Assembly: GCA_035193785.1 (NCBI GenBank)
Contig: CP136572.1
Coordinates: forward strand, 3,764,578-3,828,577
Direction of reading: 5' to 3'
Length of the DNA stretch: 64,000 nt
Origin: Planktothrix sp. GU0601_MAG3
GTDB taxonomy: Bacteria; Cyanobacteriota; Cyanobacteriia; Cyanobacteriales; Microcoleaceae
Part shown: positions 12,895 to 22,990 of the stretch, piece after piece
Layout of the letters: every line of letters begins with the position of its first letter
How positions within the stretch are numbered: the stretch's first letter is position 1
Translations under genes and position numbers: made by a program
Notes under the pieces: generated by a model
The model's database searches: none
Seen by the model: only the letters and a program-made list of their open reading frames with translations
What the model was told of the DNA's origin: nothing

Positions 12895-14280
12895 CTATGG
12901 AAAATCCGATCCCAATAATTCTACAACCCGATTCAGTTGCACCGAATGGGAGGCTTTAAATAAAATCCGATCCCCGGGCTCAATTAGGGCTTTTAACTGT
13001 TGTGCCATTTGGGAATGGGCATCGGCGGTTTGACTATCCACAATCGCAACTAAGGGGATACCGCCAGCCCCCGTTGCTAAAGCATTGGCGGTGTCAAACT
13101 CTGCCAAAATCAATAATCCGTCCAAATTTAGTTCGCGTGCCCTGCGCCCCACTTTTTCGTGGAATTCAAGCGATCGCTCTCCTAACTCTTTCATCGTCCC
13201 CAATACGGCAATATGGCGTTTTCCTGGGGTTTGAGCGAGTAACTGTAAAGCCGCCAACATTGATTCCAACCCAGCATTATAGGTTTCATCTAAAATCACA
13301 ATATCTTCCCCCCACTGATAGCGTTGCGCCCGACCTTCGGGTAACTGTACGGCTATTGGTTGCTGAAGGAATGTATAGGAGGTTTGCGCCCCATAAATTC
13401 CCCGGAATACGGCCAAGGCGGCCAGGAAATTGGAGGCGTTATGTTCTCCGGGTAGGGGTAAGGGTAAATCTACCCCTTCGACTCGTAGGGTTTGGGCGTC
13501 TATTAATTCTCCCCGTAAATCTCCCCCTTCCAAACCATAGGTAATTGTGTTTCCCGACCAAAATTTGGTGGCGGTATTCATCAAACGTTCTTGATCCTGA
13601 TTTAACACCGCCAGACTGGTTTTTGGCATTTCTGCTAAGAGTTCACACTTGGCCCGAGCGATCGCATCTTCTGACCCCAACAGTCCAATATGAGCCGTCC
13701 CCACATTAGTAATTACCCCAATGGTCGGTCGAGCAATTTGGGTTAATTCGGCAATTTGTCCGACGCCCCGCATGGCCATTTCTATGACCGCAAAATCATG
13801 ATCGGCGGTGAGTTGTAAGAGGGTTTTGGGAACCCCAATTTCATTGTTATAGTTAGCTTGGGTTTTCAAAACTTTGCCTTGAGTCCCGAGTACGGCGGCA
13901 ATTAATTCCTTAGTTGTGGTTTTCCCCACCGACCCTGTTACCCCAATAATCGGAATCTGAAATTGATCCCGCCACCATCGGGCAATCTGTTGATAGGCTT
14001 TTAAGGGGCTAGGAACCGGAAAAAGGGGCAAATTCGGGTGATTTTGGGCAAAATCCGTGGTGACAATCGCAGCGAGAGCCCCCTGGTTAATCGCCTGTTC
14101 CACAAAGTTATGGCCATCGAAGTTTTCCCCCTGTAGGGCTAAAAACACCTCTCCGGGTTTAATGCTGCGGGTATCGGTTGTGATCCCGATCACTGTTGTA
14201 GAATCCCTGGAATCACTGTAAAATGGTGAATTAATCGCTAGAACCTGAGCAATCTGACCGAGAGTGATGAGATTAGACAT
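12895..14280 (-). CDS. murF: UDP-N-acetylmuramoyl-tripeptide--D-alanyl-D-alanine ligase
   Basis: TDTR, GENFDGH, GVTGSVGKTTTKE, NYNNEIGVP, KAS; ATG at 14280 preferred over the upstream TTG. Confidence 0.93.
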   Translation of the reverse strand: MSNLITLGQIAQVLAINSPFYSDSRDSTTVIGITTDTRSIKPGEVFLALQGENFDGHNFVEQAINQGALAAIVTTDFAQNHPNLPLFPVPSPLKAYQQIARWWRDQFQIPIIGVTGSVGKTTTKELIAAVLGTQGKVLKTQANYNNEIGVPKTLLQLTADHDFAVIEMAMRGVGQIAELTQIARPTIGVITNVGTAHIGLLGSEDAIARAKCELLAEMPKTSLAVLNQDQERLMNTATKFWSGNTITYGLEGGDLRGELIDAQTLRVEGVDLPLPLPGEHNASNFLAALAVFRGIYGAQTSYTFLQQPIAVQLPEGRAQRYQWGEDIVILDETYNAGLESMLAALQLLAQTPGKRHIAVLGTMKELGERSLEFHEKVGRRARELNLDGLLILAEFDTANALATGAGGIPLVAIVDSQTADAHSQMAQQLKALIEPGDRILFKASHSVQLNRVVELLGSDFP

Positions 14281-14761
14281 TCTCTGAACTCTTGAAAATT
14301 GATTATTATTGATTAACCAGATATGATATTCTAAAATATTGCGGGTTTTGTAGCGGTTTTTATTTAGATTGATTACGATTTCAGCCCTAGTTGTTGAAAA
14401 TAGCATAATAAACACAGAAAATATATTATTAATCGGAACTATTTTCCCCAATAGTTCTTTTATAGAAATCTATTCAACTGAAGGGTGGTGCTACTGTTCG
14501 ATATTGGGTTAGGATGACCGAAGCATTCTTGGATAGATTTTTCCGGGATGTCCAGGGTTGAACTTCTTATTAAATCACTTTTTTTTACAAGAGTTTTTGA
14601 TCTAAGTTCTATTATCTGTAGTTCCACCAAATCTTACTGTCTCCCTAATGCTATTTTATTATAGATTTTAAAATTCAATCATGGATAAAATCCTAGACTT
14701 ATTATTATCAGGAAACTTAACCAGACAATTATACTCAAATTGAGTAGAGGGGTAATTAAAA

Positions 14762-16054
14762 ATGAACAACAATTTAGCAAATCCTTTTAATCGAGCCACT
14801 ATTAAAGAAGAACAAATTCTCTATAATCACTTACTCGAAAAGGTGGAAATAGAGGAGCCTCCTCAACTGATTGAACGGCTGAGTTTATTATTTATTGAAG
14901 GGTCAGGATATCCCGAATTAGAAGTCTCTAAAGCCCTGAATAAATTAGTTATCTCTAAATTAGAGGCTCAGGATTTTAATTATATCCTGAATCGCTGCTG
15001 TTATATTTTAATTAATCGCTGGCATACTTCCCCCCAACGCAAAACAGCGATTAATAAATTAATTCAACTTTTTGATGAATCTATTTCTAAAATCAGGAAA
15101 GTTTATTCTTATTCCCGAAATGTTCGGGAATTGGGGGATTTGGTTTGTGAATTTACTAAAAGTGAGCAGTATTTGGCATTAAAACGCTTTGCAGAAGTGA
15201 TTAATCAACCAGCAGAATTAGATTATAAAACCCAATCTTCCGAACCATTGAGAATATTAATTCCTCGCTATCCCTATCTTTATAAACATTGTTTACTCAG
15301 TGAGGATAGTTCCTATGAACATCAACAAATGATTCAACTAATTCAAGTTCAAAAACAACGGAAATACGAACTGGATTTATCTCAGTATGCAGCCCATCAA
15401 ATGCGAATCGCCAGCATCGCCCGAAGGACATCCATAGAAGAAGCCAGAAAAATTGTTTCCCCCGTTCCTAATCCCACTTTTTTAAACAATAGAGAACTGT
15501 TTGCCGCCCTGAAACAATTTGTGGGCAAAATAGAAGGAACACAAACCTATAAAGATTTAGCTCAAAATTTTCTATCCCACACTCAAACCAATCAATCTTT
15601 TCGAGAATTTAAAAACAGTTTATATGAATATATCAGCCCAGCATCTATTGATTCATCCTATATCCGTAATCAATTTAATGATAAATTATACAAGCAATTA
15701 CAAAATATCATTCCCCATAGTGATGAGGAAAATTTTAGTGAATTTCTCCTCCTGAGAACTTGTAACCAAATATTAAACTTTCTGGTGGTTGAAAGTCCCC
15801 AAAAACCTAATCATTTTGTCTTTATAGATTTGATTGCCAATGTGGGGCCAACCATGACCGTAGCTTTATTACTCAAAATAGTTTTAATTTGTCGAAAAAT
15901 CAAGCCCTATCTGGAAAAACGATTTGCTATTTTATTTAATCATTACGAGTCCTGTTCTCAGGATGGAGTTCTCTGGTTAGTAAAAGTTTTGGAAAACTTA
16001 AATATTGCTTTGAGTACCAACTTTGGCGGGGTTGATTTATCTTTCATCAGATAA
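14762..16054 (+). CDS. Cyanobacterial hypothetical protein, function unknown
   Basis: Uninterrupted 430-aa helical ORF with an RBS-like GAGGGG upstream; no motif I can assign. Confidence 0.75.
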   Translation: MNNNLANPFNRATIKEEQILYNHLLEKVEIEEPPQLIERLSLLFIEGSGYPELEVSKALNKLVISKLEAQDFNYILNRCCYILINRWHTSPQRKTAINKLIQLFDESISKIRKVYSYSRNVRELGDLVCEFTKSEQYLALKRFAEVINQPAELDYKTQSSEPLRILIPRYPYLYKHCLLSEDSSYEHQQMIQLIQVQKQRKYELDLSQYAAHQMRIASIARRTSIEEARKIVSPVPNPTFLNNRELFAALKQFVGKIEGTQTYKDLAQNFLSHTQTNQSFREFKNSLYEYISPASIDSSYIRNQFNDKLYKQLQNIIPHSDEENFSEFLLLRTCNQILNFLVVESPQKPNHFVFIDLIANVGPTMTVALLLKIVLICRKIKPYLEKRFAILFNHYESCSQDGVLWLVKVLENLNIALSTNFGGVDLSFIR

Positions 16055-16196
16055 ACTGGAAAAAATTACAATCAACCCTAGGAATGGGGGAAAGTTTCAT
16101 CAGCAGAGGTAAAATCTTCTGATAGCAAAAAGTTTTTATTGACCTAATAACCGACTTTTTGACCATAATAAGAACAGATACTTTCCCAAAAGACCT

Positions 16197-16820
16197 ATGA
16201 CTCCAACCCAAACCAAACCCAAACTCTACAGTTTTGATGAATTTATCAACTGGTATCCCGAAAACTCAGAAGTTCGTTACGAACTGCATGAAGGAGTGAT
16301 TTTTGAAATGCCCAAACCCAGGGGAAAACATTCAAACCTAACAGGTGCACTGATAGAACAATTATTAATTATAATTAGGCAGATGGGCAAAGGTGGAATT
16401 TGGACTATTCCTAGGGAATCAATTATCAAACCCCAACATACACAATCTGGTTATGAACCGGATATTATTGTTTTAAATCAAGAAGTTCTAGGGTCTGAAC
16501 CTCGATGGGAAAGCGAATCAATTATCAAAAATTCTGATTCAGTGAAATTAATTGTCGAAGTGGTTTCAACAAATTGGCGTGATGATTATTATAATAAATT
16601 TCGAGATTACGAAGAAATGGGAATTGAGGAATATTGGATTTTGGATTACGCAGCATTGGGGCCAAGAAAGTTTATTGGTAGCCCCAAGCAACCTACATTA
16701 TTTGTTTGTAATTTAGAGGATGGGGAATATCAAATGAATCCATTTAGAGAGAACACAACCCTGATTTCCCCGACCTTTCCCCAGTTCAACTTATCCGCAC
16801 AGCAAATTTTCGATTTGTAG
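16197..16820 (+). CDS. Uma2 family (PD-(D/E)XK) endonuclease-like protein
   Basis: RYELHEG, YEPD, LIVEVVS, KFRDYEEMGIEEYWILD. Confidence 0.9.
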   Translation: MTPTQTKPKLYSFDEFINWYPENSEVRYELHEGVIFEMPKPRGKHSNLTGALIEQLLIIIRQMGKGGIWTIPRESIIKPQHTQSGYEPDIIVLNQEVLGSEPRWESESIIKNSDSVKLIVEVVSTNWRDDYYNKFRDYEEMGIEEYWILDYAALGPRKFIGSPKQPTLFVCNLEDGEYQMNPFRENTTLISPTFPQFNLSAQQIFDL

Positions 16821-16845
16821 AAGGGTTAAAGGATTTAAGAAGATG

Positions 16846-16915
16846 ACGCAGATTAACACAGATTAAAATCCGTGAAATCCGTGAAATCCTCTTAAATCCG
16901 TGATCCCTATTCCCT
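16846..16915 (+). repeat. About 70-bp element built from 9-bp AATCCGTGA-like units, copy 1
   Basis: ACGCAGATTAACACAGATTAAAATCCGTGAAATCCGTGAAATCCTCTTAAATCCGTGATCC; other copies at 18462-18530 and inverted at 51502-51561. Confidence 0.85.
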
Positions 16916-16931
16916 ATTTAACGAGGTTTTT

Positions 16932-18344
16932 ATGACTTTAGATGACGAACTTAATACAACTCTACTGAGTTTCACCGACCTACAAGCGGAATTAAATTTA
17001 CGTCATGCTCAAGACGCCCTACACGATATTGTAGACCATCTTGACTTAACTCCCACAGAAAGAGAAGGTTTAGAACCCGATATTGGGGGGTTGCAAAGAA
17101 TGATGGATAAATTAGACCGTACCTGTGTACAAATTGCCGTATTTGGAATGGTAGGACGGGGAAAATCTTCGGTATTAAATGCTTTATTAGGTCAAGAAGT
17201 ATTTATCACTGGCCCAATTCATGGCGTCACCCAAACTACCCAAATTCAGCCCTGGGAAATAACCGATAACCAAATATCTAATATTCCTACGGTTTCCTAT
17301 AAAATTTCTCAAATCGAACTAATTGATACCCCAGGAATTGATGAAGTTGACGGAGAAACCCGGGAACAAATTGCCCGCCGGGTGGCGCAACAGGTGGATT
17401 TATTATTATTTGTGATTGCTGGGGATATTACCCAAGTTGAATATGATGCCCTTTCGCAATTGCGAGAAGCGGGAAAACCGATGTTATTAGTATTCAATAA
17501 AATTGATCAATACCCGGAAGCTGATCGACAGGCAATTTATGAAAAAATTAGAGATGAAAGAGTTAAAGAATTATTATCTCCCGATGAAATTGTGATGGCT
17601 GCGGCTTCTCCTTTGGTCGCTAAAGCTATTCGTCGTCTCGATGGAACTTTCAGCGCCGAAATTACCCGGGGAAAACCTCAAATTGAGGAATTAAAGTTAA
17701 AAATTTTAGAGATTTTAGATCGGGAAGGAAAATCATTAGTCGCCTTAAATACTATGTTATATGCCGGGGATATTAATGAAAAATTAGTCCGGCGAAAAAT
17801 GGAAATTCGAGAAGAAAGTGCAAACCGAGTAATTTGGAATGGAGTGATGACTAAATCAATTGCGATCGCCTTAAACCCGATGATGATGATTGATTTATTA
17901 AGCGGGGCGGTGATCGATGTGGCGTTAATCTTAACCCTATCTAAACTCTATGGAATTTCCATGACGCAACAGGGGGCGGTGGAATTATTACAAAAAATTG
18001 CCCTAAGTATGGGCGGAATTACTGCTAGTGAATTGGTAGCAAATTTTGGTTTAAGTTCATTAAAAAGTATATTAGGATTAACCGCCCCAGCCACGGGGGG
18101 ATTATCATTAATTCCCTATCTATCTGTTGCTATTCCCCAAGCTGCGATCGCCGGGGTTTCTGGTTATGCTATTGGACAGGTAACAAAAGCCTATTTAGCC
18201 AACGGTGCATCCTGGGGAGAGGAGGGGCCAAAAGCCGTGGTTCAACATATTTTAGAAACCTTAGATGAAACCTCAATTCTCAACCGAATCAAACAAGAAT
18301 TATGGAAGAAAATTAATCTGCAAAAAAGAATTAGAGAAATTTAA
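16932..18344 (+). CDS. GTP-binding protein with C-terminal DUF697-type membrane domain
   Basis: GMVGRGKSS (G1), DTPG (G3), NKID (G4), hydrophobic C-terminal half. Confidence 0.88.
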   Translation: MTLDDELNTTLLSFTDLQAELNLRHAQDALHDIVDHLDLTPTEREGLEPDIGGLQRMMDKLDRTCVQIAVFGMVGRGKSSVLNALLGQEVFITGPIHGVTQTTQIQPWEITDNQISNIPTVSYKISQIELIDTPGIDEVDGETREQIARRVAQQVDLLLFVIAGDITQVEYDALSQLREAGKPMLLVFNKIDQYPEADRQAIYEKIRDERVKELLSPDEIVMAAASPLVAKAIRRLDGTFSAEITRGKPQIEELKLKILEILDREGKSLVALNTMLYAGDINEKLVRRKMEIREESANRVIWNGVMTKSIAIALNPMMMIDLLSGAVIDVALILTLSKLYGISMTQQGAVELLQKIALSMGGITASELVANFGLSSLKSILGLTAPATGGLSLIPYLSVAIPQAAIAGVSGYAIGQVTKAYLANGASWGEEGPKAVVQHILETLDETSILNRIKQELWKKINLQKRIREI

Positions 18345-18461
18345 TTCTGCTGAGAATTAAAATTATATATTTTAGTATTCCCCCCAGTATAAAAGTTTCA
18401 TGCAACATCTCTATCAGGGGGTTAGGGATTGTCCCCGATCGCTTACAATAATTAAAGGATT

Positions 18462-18530
18462 ACGCAGCTTAACACAGATTAAAATCCGTGAAATCCGTGA
18501 AATCCTCTTAAATCCGTGATCCTATTCCCT
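18462..18530 (+). repeat. 9-bp-unit element, copy 2
   Basis: Near-identical to 16846-16915. Confidence 0.85.
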
Positions 18531-18537
18531 TCTAAAT

Positions 18538-19366
18538 ATGTCTTTAGATACCCCAACCCCGGAAGCAATTATAAATGAATCCGAATCTCCCGTAATTTCA
18601 CCCGAGACTGATCCCAATTTACAAGTTCGGTTTCAAAACTGAAACAGGAAGGTTATTGTTATTTTTACCTCCAGAAAACAACCGTGAGGATACGGAGACT
18701 AACCTTAATAATACCTGGACAGAAATCTGGCAACAGTTAAAACATCGCCTTAACGGTGGTGAACACGCAGAACAAGATTATACAGAAGTTTATTTAATAG
18801 CAGAAAACCGTTTATTAGATGGGCGTCAACTCCAAGATATTGCTGAGGCGCTCGCTGAAGTTCAACTGCAACTGAAACGGGTTAAAACCAGTCGTCGTCA
18901 AACCGCAGTAGCAGCAGCTATGGCGGGTTATAGCGTCGATCAGGATATGGAACGAGAAACCCTAGCTCAACCCGTGCTAGAGACAACCACAGCCCCCTTA
19001 GCAGAGCCATTGTATTTGAAAATGACCGTGCGCTCTGGGGTGGATATTCGTCACCCAGGAACTATTGTAATTGTCGGGGATGTGAACCCGGGGAGTTCGG
19101 TGATTGCCGATGGTGATATTATTATTTGGGGACGGTTGCGGGGAAATGCCCACGCCGGGGCGAAAGGAAACCGCAATAGTTCAATTATGGCTTTGCAAAT
19201 GGAACCTAAGTTAATTAGGATTGCGGATCAAGTGGCGCGGGGTCCAGAAACCTCCCCCGAACAGTTTTACCCAGAAGTGGCCTATGTCAACAGCACCGGG
19301 ATTCGGATTAGTCCCGCGAAGGAAGTGGCCAAGGCTAGAGTATTGACCCTGGATATAAATGGGTAA
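18538..19366 (+). CDS. minC: Septum site-determining protein MinC; frameshift at 18630
   Basis: TVRSG...GDVNPGS..IADGDIIIWGRLRGNAHAGA. ATG 18538 joins after repair (QVRF-KTETGRLLL); lies upstream of minDE. Confidence 0.92.
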
Positions 19367-19399
19367 TGGGTAATGGGTGATGCGCCAAATGTGGATGAA

Positions 19400-19530
19400 T
19401 TGACACTCTCAGGTCTGAAGACGCGCTCGATTCTTGGTTCAACGAAACCACTTAATCAAAGTACCTTGCAGTGCTTTAAGCAGAGGTGGGATTCTCCCCA
19501 AGCGTAAATTCGGGTATGCCCTACCCTATT
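19400..19530 (-). ncRNA. Putative TnpB omega-RNA (reRNA) scaffold
   Basis: GGGTAGGGCATACCCGAATTTACGCTTGGGGAGAATCCCAC...GTGGTTTCGTTGAACCAAGAATC...TCAA resembles tnpB 3'-end/right-end sequences; the 5' boundary is uncertain. Confidence 0.6.
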
Positions 19531-19836
19531 CGCAGTGAGCCTGTCGAACTGCTGCGAGTTCTTTTTTGCTTGAAAACTGTTCGTCTAGCTCCCACGAATC
19601 TTTTACCCACTGCTGGGGGAAAACTAGAACTTTGCAGTAGAACCATATAGATTCAATTGTCAAGGTTCAGCGTTTTGCCGTTAGGCGACTAGGTTTTTAT
19701 ACAGGTTGTTTACCTTTTCCTGTTACTGGATATATTAACATAGATTGGAGAAATATTCACGGGGGTTAAAACCCCCTGAGTCGCTTTTCATCTCAGGTCT
19801 GAAGACACTGAGTTTTCAAGCTCCCAGACTTATGTT
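19400..19836 (-). mobile_element. Non-autonomous IS200/IS605-family element (no tnpA/tnpB) with an omega-RNA-like right end
   Basis: 16-bp subterminal repeat TCTCAGGTCTGAAGAC at 19407 and 19791 (left/right end hairpins). The minus strand ends ...GAGTGTCAA at 19400 and is preceded by TTAT at 19837-19840. No target-site duplication. Confidence 0.8.
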
Positions 19837-19889
19837 ATAAGTTATTCTGAACACCGGATCGATTATTGCTGAATACAAATTTTTAAAAT

Positions 19890-20696
19890 ATGAGTCGTGT
19901 TATTGTGATTACCTCTGGAAAAGGAGGGGTAGGAAAAACTACTTGTACCGCTAATGTGGGTATGAGTTTGGCAAAACGGGGCCACAGCGTTGTGGTGATT
20001 GATGCGGATTTTGGTCTGAGAAATTTAGACTTACTCCTAGGTTTAGAAAATCGGATTGTTTACACGGCAATGGAGGTTTTATCGGGGGAATGTCGCCTAG
20101 AACAAGCTTTAGTTAAAGATAAACGAGAATCCCGTTTAGTGTTATTACCAGCGGCTCAAAACCGGATGAAAGAGGCTGTTACCCCCGATCAAATGAAACA
20201 ATTAGTCGGGATGTTAGAGGGGAAATATGACTATATTATTATTGATTGTCCGGCGGGAATTGAACAGGGGTTTCAAAATGCGATCGCCCCAGCTAAAGAA
20301 GCAATTATTGTCACCACTCCAGAGATTTCAGCCGTTAGAGATGCGGATCGAGTGATTGGTTTATTAGAGGCAAATTCCGTTAAAAAAATTCGGTTATTAA
20401 TTAATCGAATTAAGCCCTTAATGGTGGAAGCCAACGATATGATGTCGGTGCAGGATGTGGAAGAAATTTTAGCGATTCCTTTAATTGGGGTGGTTCCCGA
20501 TGATGAAAATGTGATTGTTTCCACTAATAAAGGGGAACCTTTAGTGTTATCAGAAACCCCATCCCAAGCGGCTCAGGCGTTCACGAATGTAGTGCGTCGA
20601 ATTGAAGGTGAAAAAGTGGCATTCCTTGACCTTAACCCCCGTCCTGAAGGTTTTTTTGCCAAACTGCGTCGTTTGCTTTCCTCTAAAGTTGGCTAA
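19890..20696 (+). CDS. minD: Septum site-determining ATPase MinD
   Basis: SGKGGVGKTT, DADFGLRNLDLLLGLENR, C-terminal amphipathic helix GFFAKLRRLL. Confidence 0.97.
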   Translation: MSRVIVITSGKGGVGKTTCTANVGMSLAKRGHSVVVIDADFGLRNLDLLLGLENRIVYTAMEVLSGECRLEQALVKDKRESRLVLLPAAQNRMKEAVTPDQMKQLVGMLEGKYDYIIIDCPAGIEQGFQNAIAPAKEAIIVTTPEISAVRDADRVIGLLEANSVKKIRLLINRIKPLMVEANDMMSVQDVEEILAIPLIGVVPDDENVIVSTNKGEPLVLSETPSQAAQAFTNVVRRIEGEKVAFLDLNPRPEGFFAKLRRLLSSKVG

Positions 20697-20763
20697 AAAT
20701 ATATCTTTAAATTGTTGATCTGGTGGCTTTTTGTATTCATCCTGTAAACCCCAATGAAAATTA

Positions 20764-21201
20764 ATGAAACTCATAGAAAGACTTTTTCCTAGAACTCATC
20801 AAACCAGTCGAGAGGAGGCTAAACGTCGCCTGAAGTTGGTCTTAGCCCATGACCGGGCTGATCTATCGGCGGAAATGGTGGAAGCCATGCGAAAAGAAAT
20901 CATGGAAGTGGTATCTCGTTATGTAGAAATAGATACCGATGATTCGGAATTTAACTTAGAAAGTGATAACCGAGCCACGGCATTAGTGGCTAATTTATTG
21001 ATTCGTCGGGTCAAACAAAGGGGATTAGTTATGGCTGAATCTTCTCCATCAGAGGAGGAAGTTAAACCTCCTAAAGATGAGAAAACAGAGGAAACCCCAC
21101 CGTCCCCAACTCCCACCCCCAAACCCCAACCACCAACTCCAGTTAAATCTGAGTTAGAATCCCCTCCTACCCAACCGGAGAAAAGCCCGGAGAACCCATA
21201 G
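20764..21201 (+). CDS. minE: Cell division topological specificity factor MinE with Pro/Glu-rich tail
   Basis: SREEAKRRLKLVLAHDR...EIMEVVSRYVEID. Confidence 0.95.
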   Translation: MKLIERLFPRTHQTSREEAKRRLKLVLAHDRADLSAEMVEAMRKEIMEVVSRYVEIDTDDSEFNLESDNRATALVANLLIRRVKQRGLVMAESSPSEEEVKPPKDEKTEETPPSPTPTPKPQPPTPVKSELESPPTQPEKSPENP

Positions 21202-21278
21202 AAACCCGTGGGGTTATCATCTTCCCAGGGGTTGGGTCTCCAAACCCTCCTCTGAATTAGGTTGATTTACGACTTTTC

Positions 21279-21719
21279 CTATTCCCTATTTCCCAAATAT
21301 TTAATCATTTTAATATGGGCAATTCCGGCTTCTTGAAAAGGTTCTCCTATTGCTTCAAATCCCAATTTTAAATAGAGATTTTTAATATAGGTTTGAGCAT
21401 TAACAATCACTATTTTAATACAAGTTTGAGCGATCGCTTCTAAGGCACATTCCATTAATTGTTGACCAATTCCAATTCCCCTAGCGGTCGCCAGAACAGC
21501 CAACCGTTCGATTTTAGCTTTTTCTGGGTCTAAATAACGGATACGCAGGGTTCCAATCGGATAATCATCCAAATAGGCTAATAAATGTTGGGCTAATTCA
21601 TCCTCACCATCAAATTCCAATTCAGGATCAACTCCTTGTTCAAGTTCAAAAACTTGATATCGAATCGCTTTAATTTCTATAAAATGTTCAGAATATTTAA
21701 CCGTTTGAATCCTAATCAT
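21279..21719 (-). CDS. GNAT N-acetyltransferase (ElaA/YjcF-like)
   Basis: IRYQVFELEQGV, RLAVL...RGIGIG, FQEAGIAHIKM. Confidence 0.88.
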   Translation of the reverse strand: MIRIQTVKYSEHFIEIKAIRYQVFELEQGVDPELEFDGEDELAQHLLAYLDDYPIGTLRIRYLDPEKAKIERLAVLATARGIGIGQQLMECALEAIAQTCIKIVIVNAQTYIKNLYLKLGFEAIGEPFQEAGIAHIKMIKYLGNRE

Positions 21720-21761
21720 TGGGGGAGTTAAGAATTACGAATTACTAGAGTCAATCAACAA

Positions 21762-22005
21762 ACTGATAACTGATAACTGGTACGGGCGGGTTCTTTTAGA
21801 TCTCTGTAATCACCGCGCACCTTGATGAACCCGCCCCTACGACTGATGACTGGTACGGGCGGGTTTCTTTTAGATCTCTGGAATCACCGCGCACCTTGAT
21901 GAACCCGCCCCTACGACTGACGACTGATGACTGGTACGGGCGGGTTCTTTTAGATCTCTGGAATCACCGCGCACCTTGATGAACCCGCCCCTACGACTGA
22001 TAACT
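21762..22005. repeat. Three tandem copies of a REP-like hairpin unit joined by ACTGATG heptamers
   Basis: ACTGGTACGGGCGGGTTCTTTTAGATCTCTG(T/G)AATCACCGCGCACCTTGATGAACCCGCCCCTACGACTGA three times. Confidence 0.9.
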
Positions 22006-22006
22006 G

Positions 22007-22844
22007 TTAACTGATATTAGAGCGGTCAGTTAAAATTTCATAGCCGGTTTCTGTGACTAAAACCGTATGTTCAAATTGAGCAGATAAGGCATTATCAATG
22101 GTTACGGCTGTCCATTTATCCGATAAAATTTTTGTAAATCGAGAACCCGCATTCAGAATTGGTTCAATGGCTAAAGTCATTCCCGCCTTCAATTTAATAT
22201 TAGGTAAAGAATGGGTACGAGCATTAAAAACCGAGGGTTCTTCGTGGAGATTTCGTCCCACTCCATGACCTGTAAATTCTTCTACAATTTTATAACCATT
22301 GGCTTCTGTATAATCCTGAACCGCTCCCGCAATATCAAGTAAATAAGCTCCCGCTTTGACCTGTTCAATCCCTTTATATAACGCTTCTTCCGCCACTCTA
22401 ATTAAATTTTTTGCCTCGGGAGAAACCTCACCCACCCCAATAGTAATACAGGAATCTCCATGAAATTCTTGATAATAAGCTCCCGTATCAACTTTTAAAA
22501 CATCTCCGGTACGAATGACTTTTCTACGATTAGGAATACCATGAACAACCTCATTATTAATAGAAGCACAAATAGAAGCCGGAAATCCATGATATCCCTT
22601 AAAACTTGGAGTTGCTCCCATGTCTCGAATCCGTTTTTCTGCATAAGCATCTAAATCCGCCGTAGTCATCCCAGGTTGAAACCCGTTCGGAAATTTCTTT
22701 TAATACCGTAGCCACAATTTTTGCAGCTTGTCGCATAGTTTCTATTTCTTGAGGTGATTTAATATAGATTCCTCGACCACTTTTTTTAACTTGAGGGGAA
22801 TTATTTTGAGTCGGTTTAGATAGAAAATCAGCAATAATATTCAT
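22007..22844 (-). CDS. map: Methionine aminopeptidase type I; frameshift at 22678
   Basis: [40 protein letters not shown]; repair gives ERV-QPGMTT. Confidence 0.95.
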
Positions 22845-22990
22845 CGTGTTCGGAGTTAAGTGTGTTCAGAGAAAATATCTTTATATAAATTACCTTAAAA
22901 TCTCAAGTTTTGGGTTACAGTTCCAGGCTAAAACTCCAACCATGCTGTTTAAACCCTAAAAACCCATAGAATTGATGGGCGTTAGTTCGT

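Noticed and set aside
21762..22005. Possible CRISPR array
   Set aside because: The units are essentially identical along their length with no unique spacers, and no cas genes are nearby. It is a REP-like tandem repeat; the same applies to 10134-10270.
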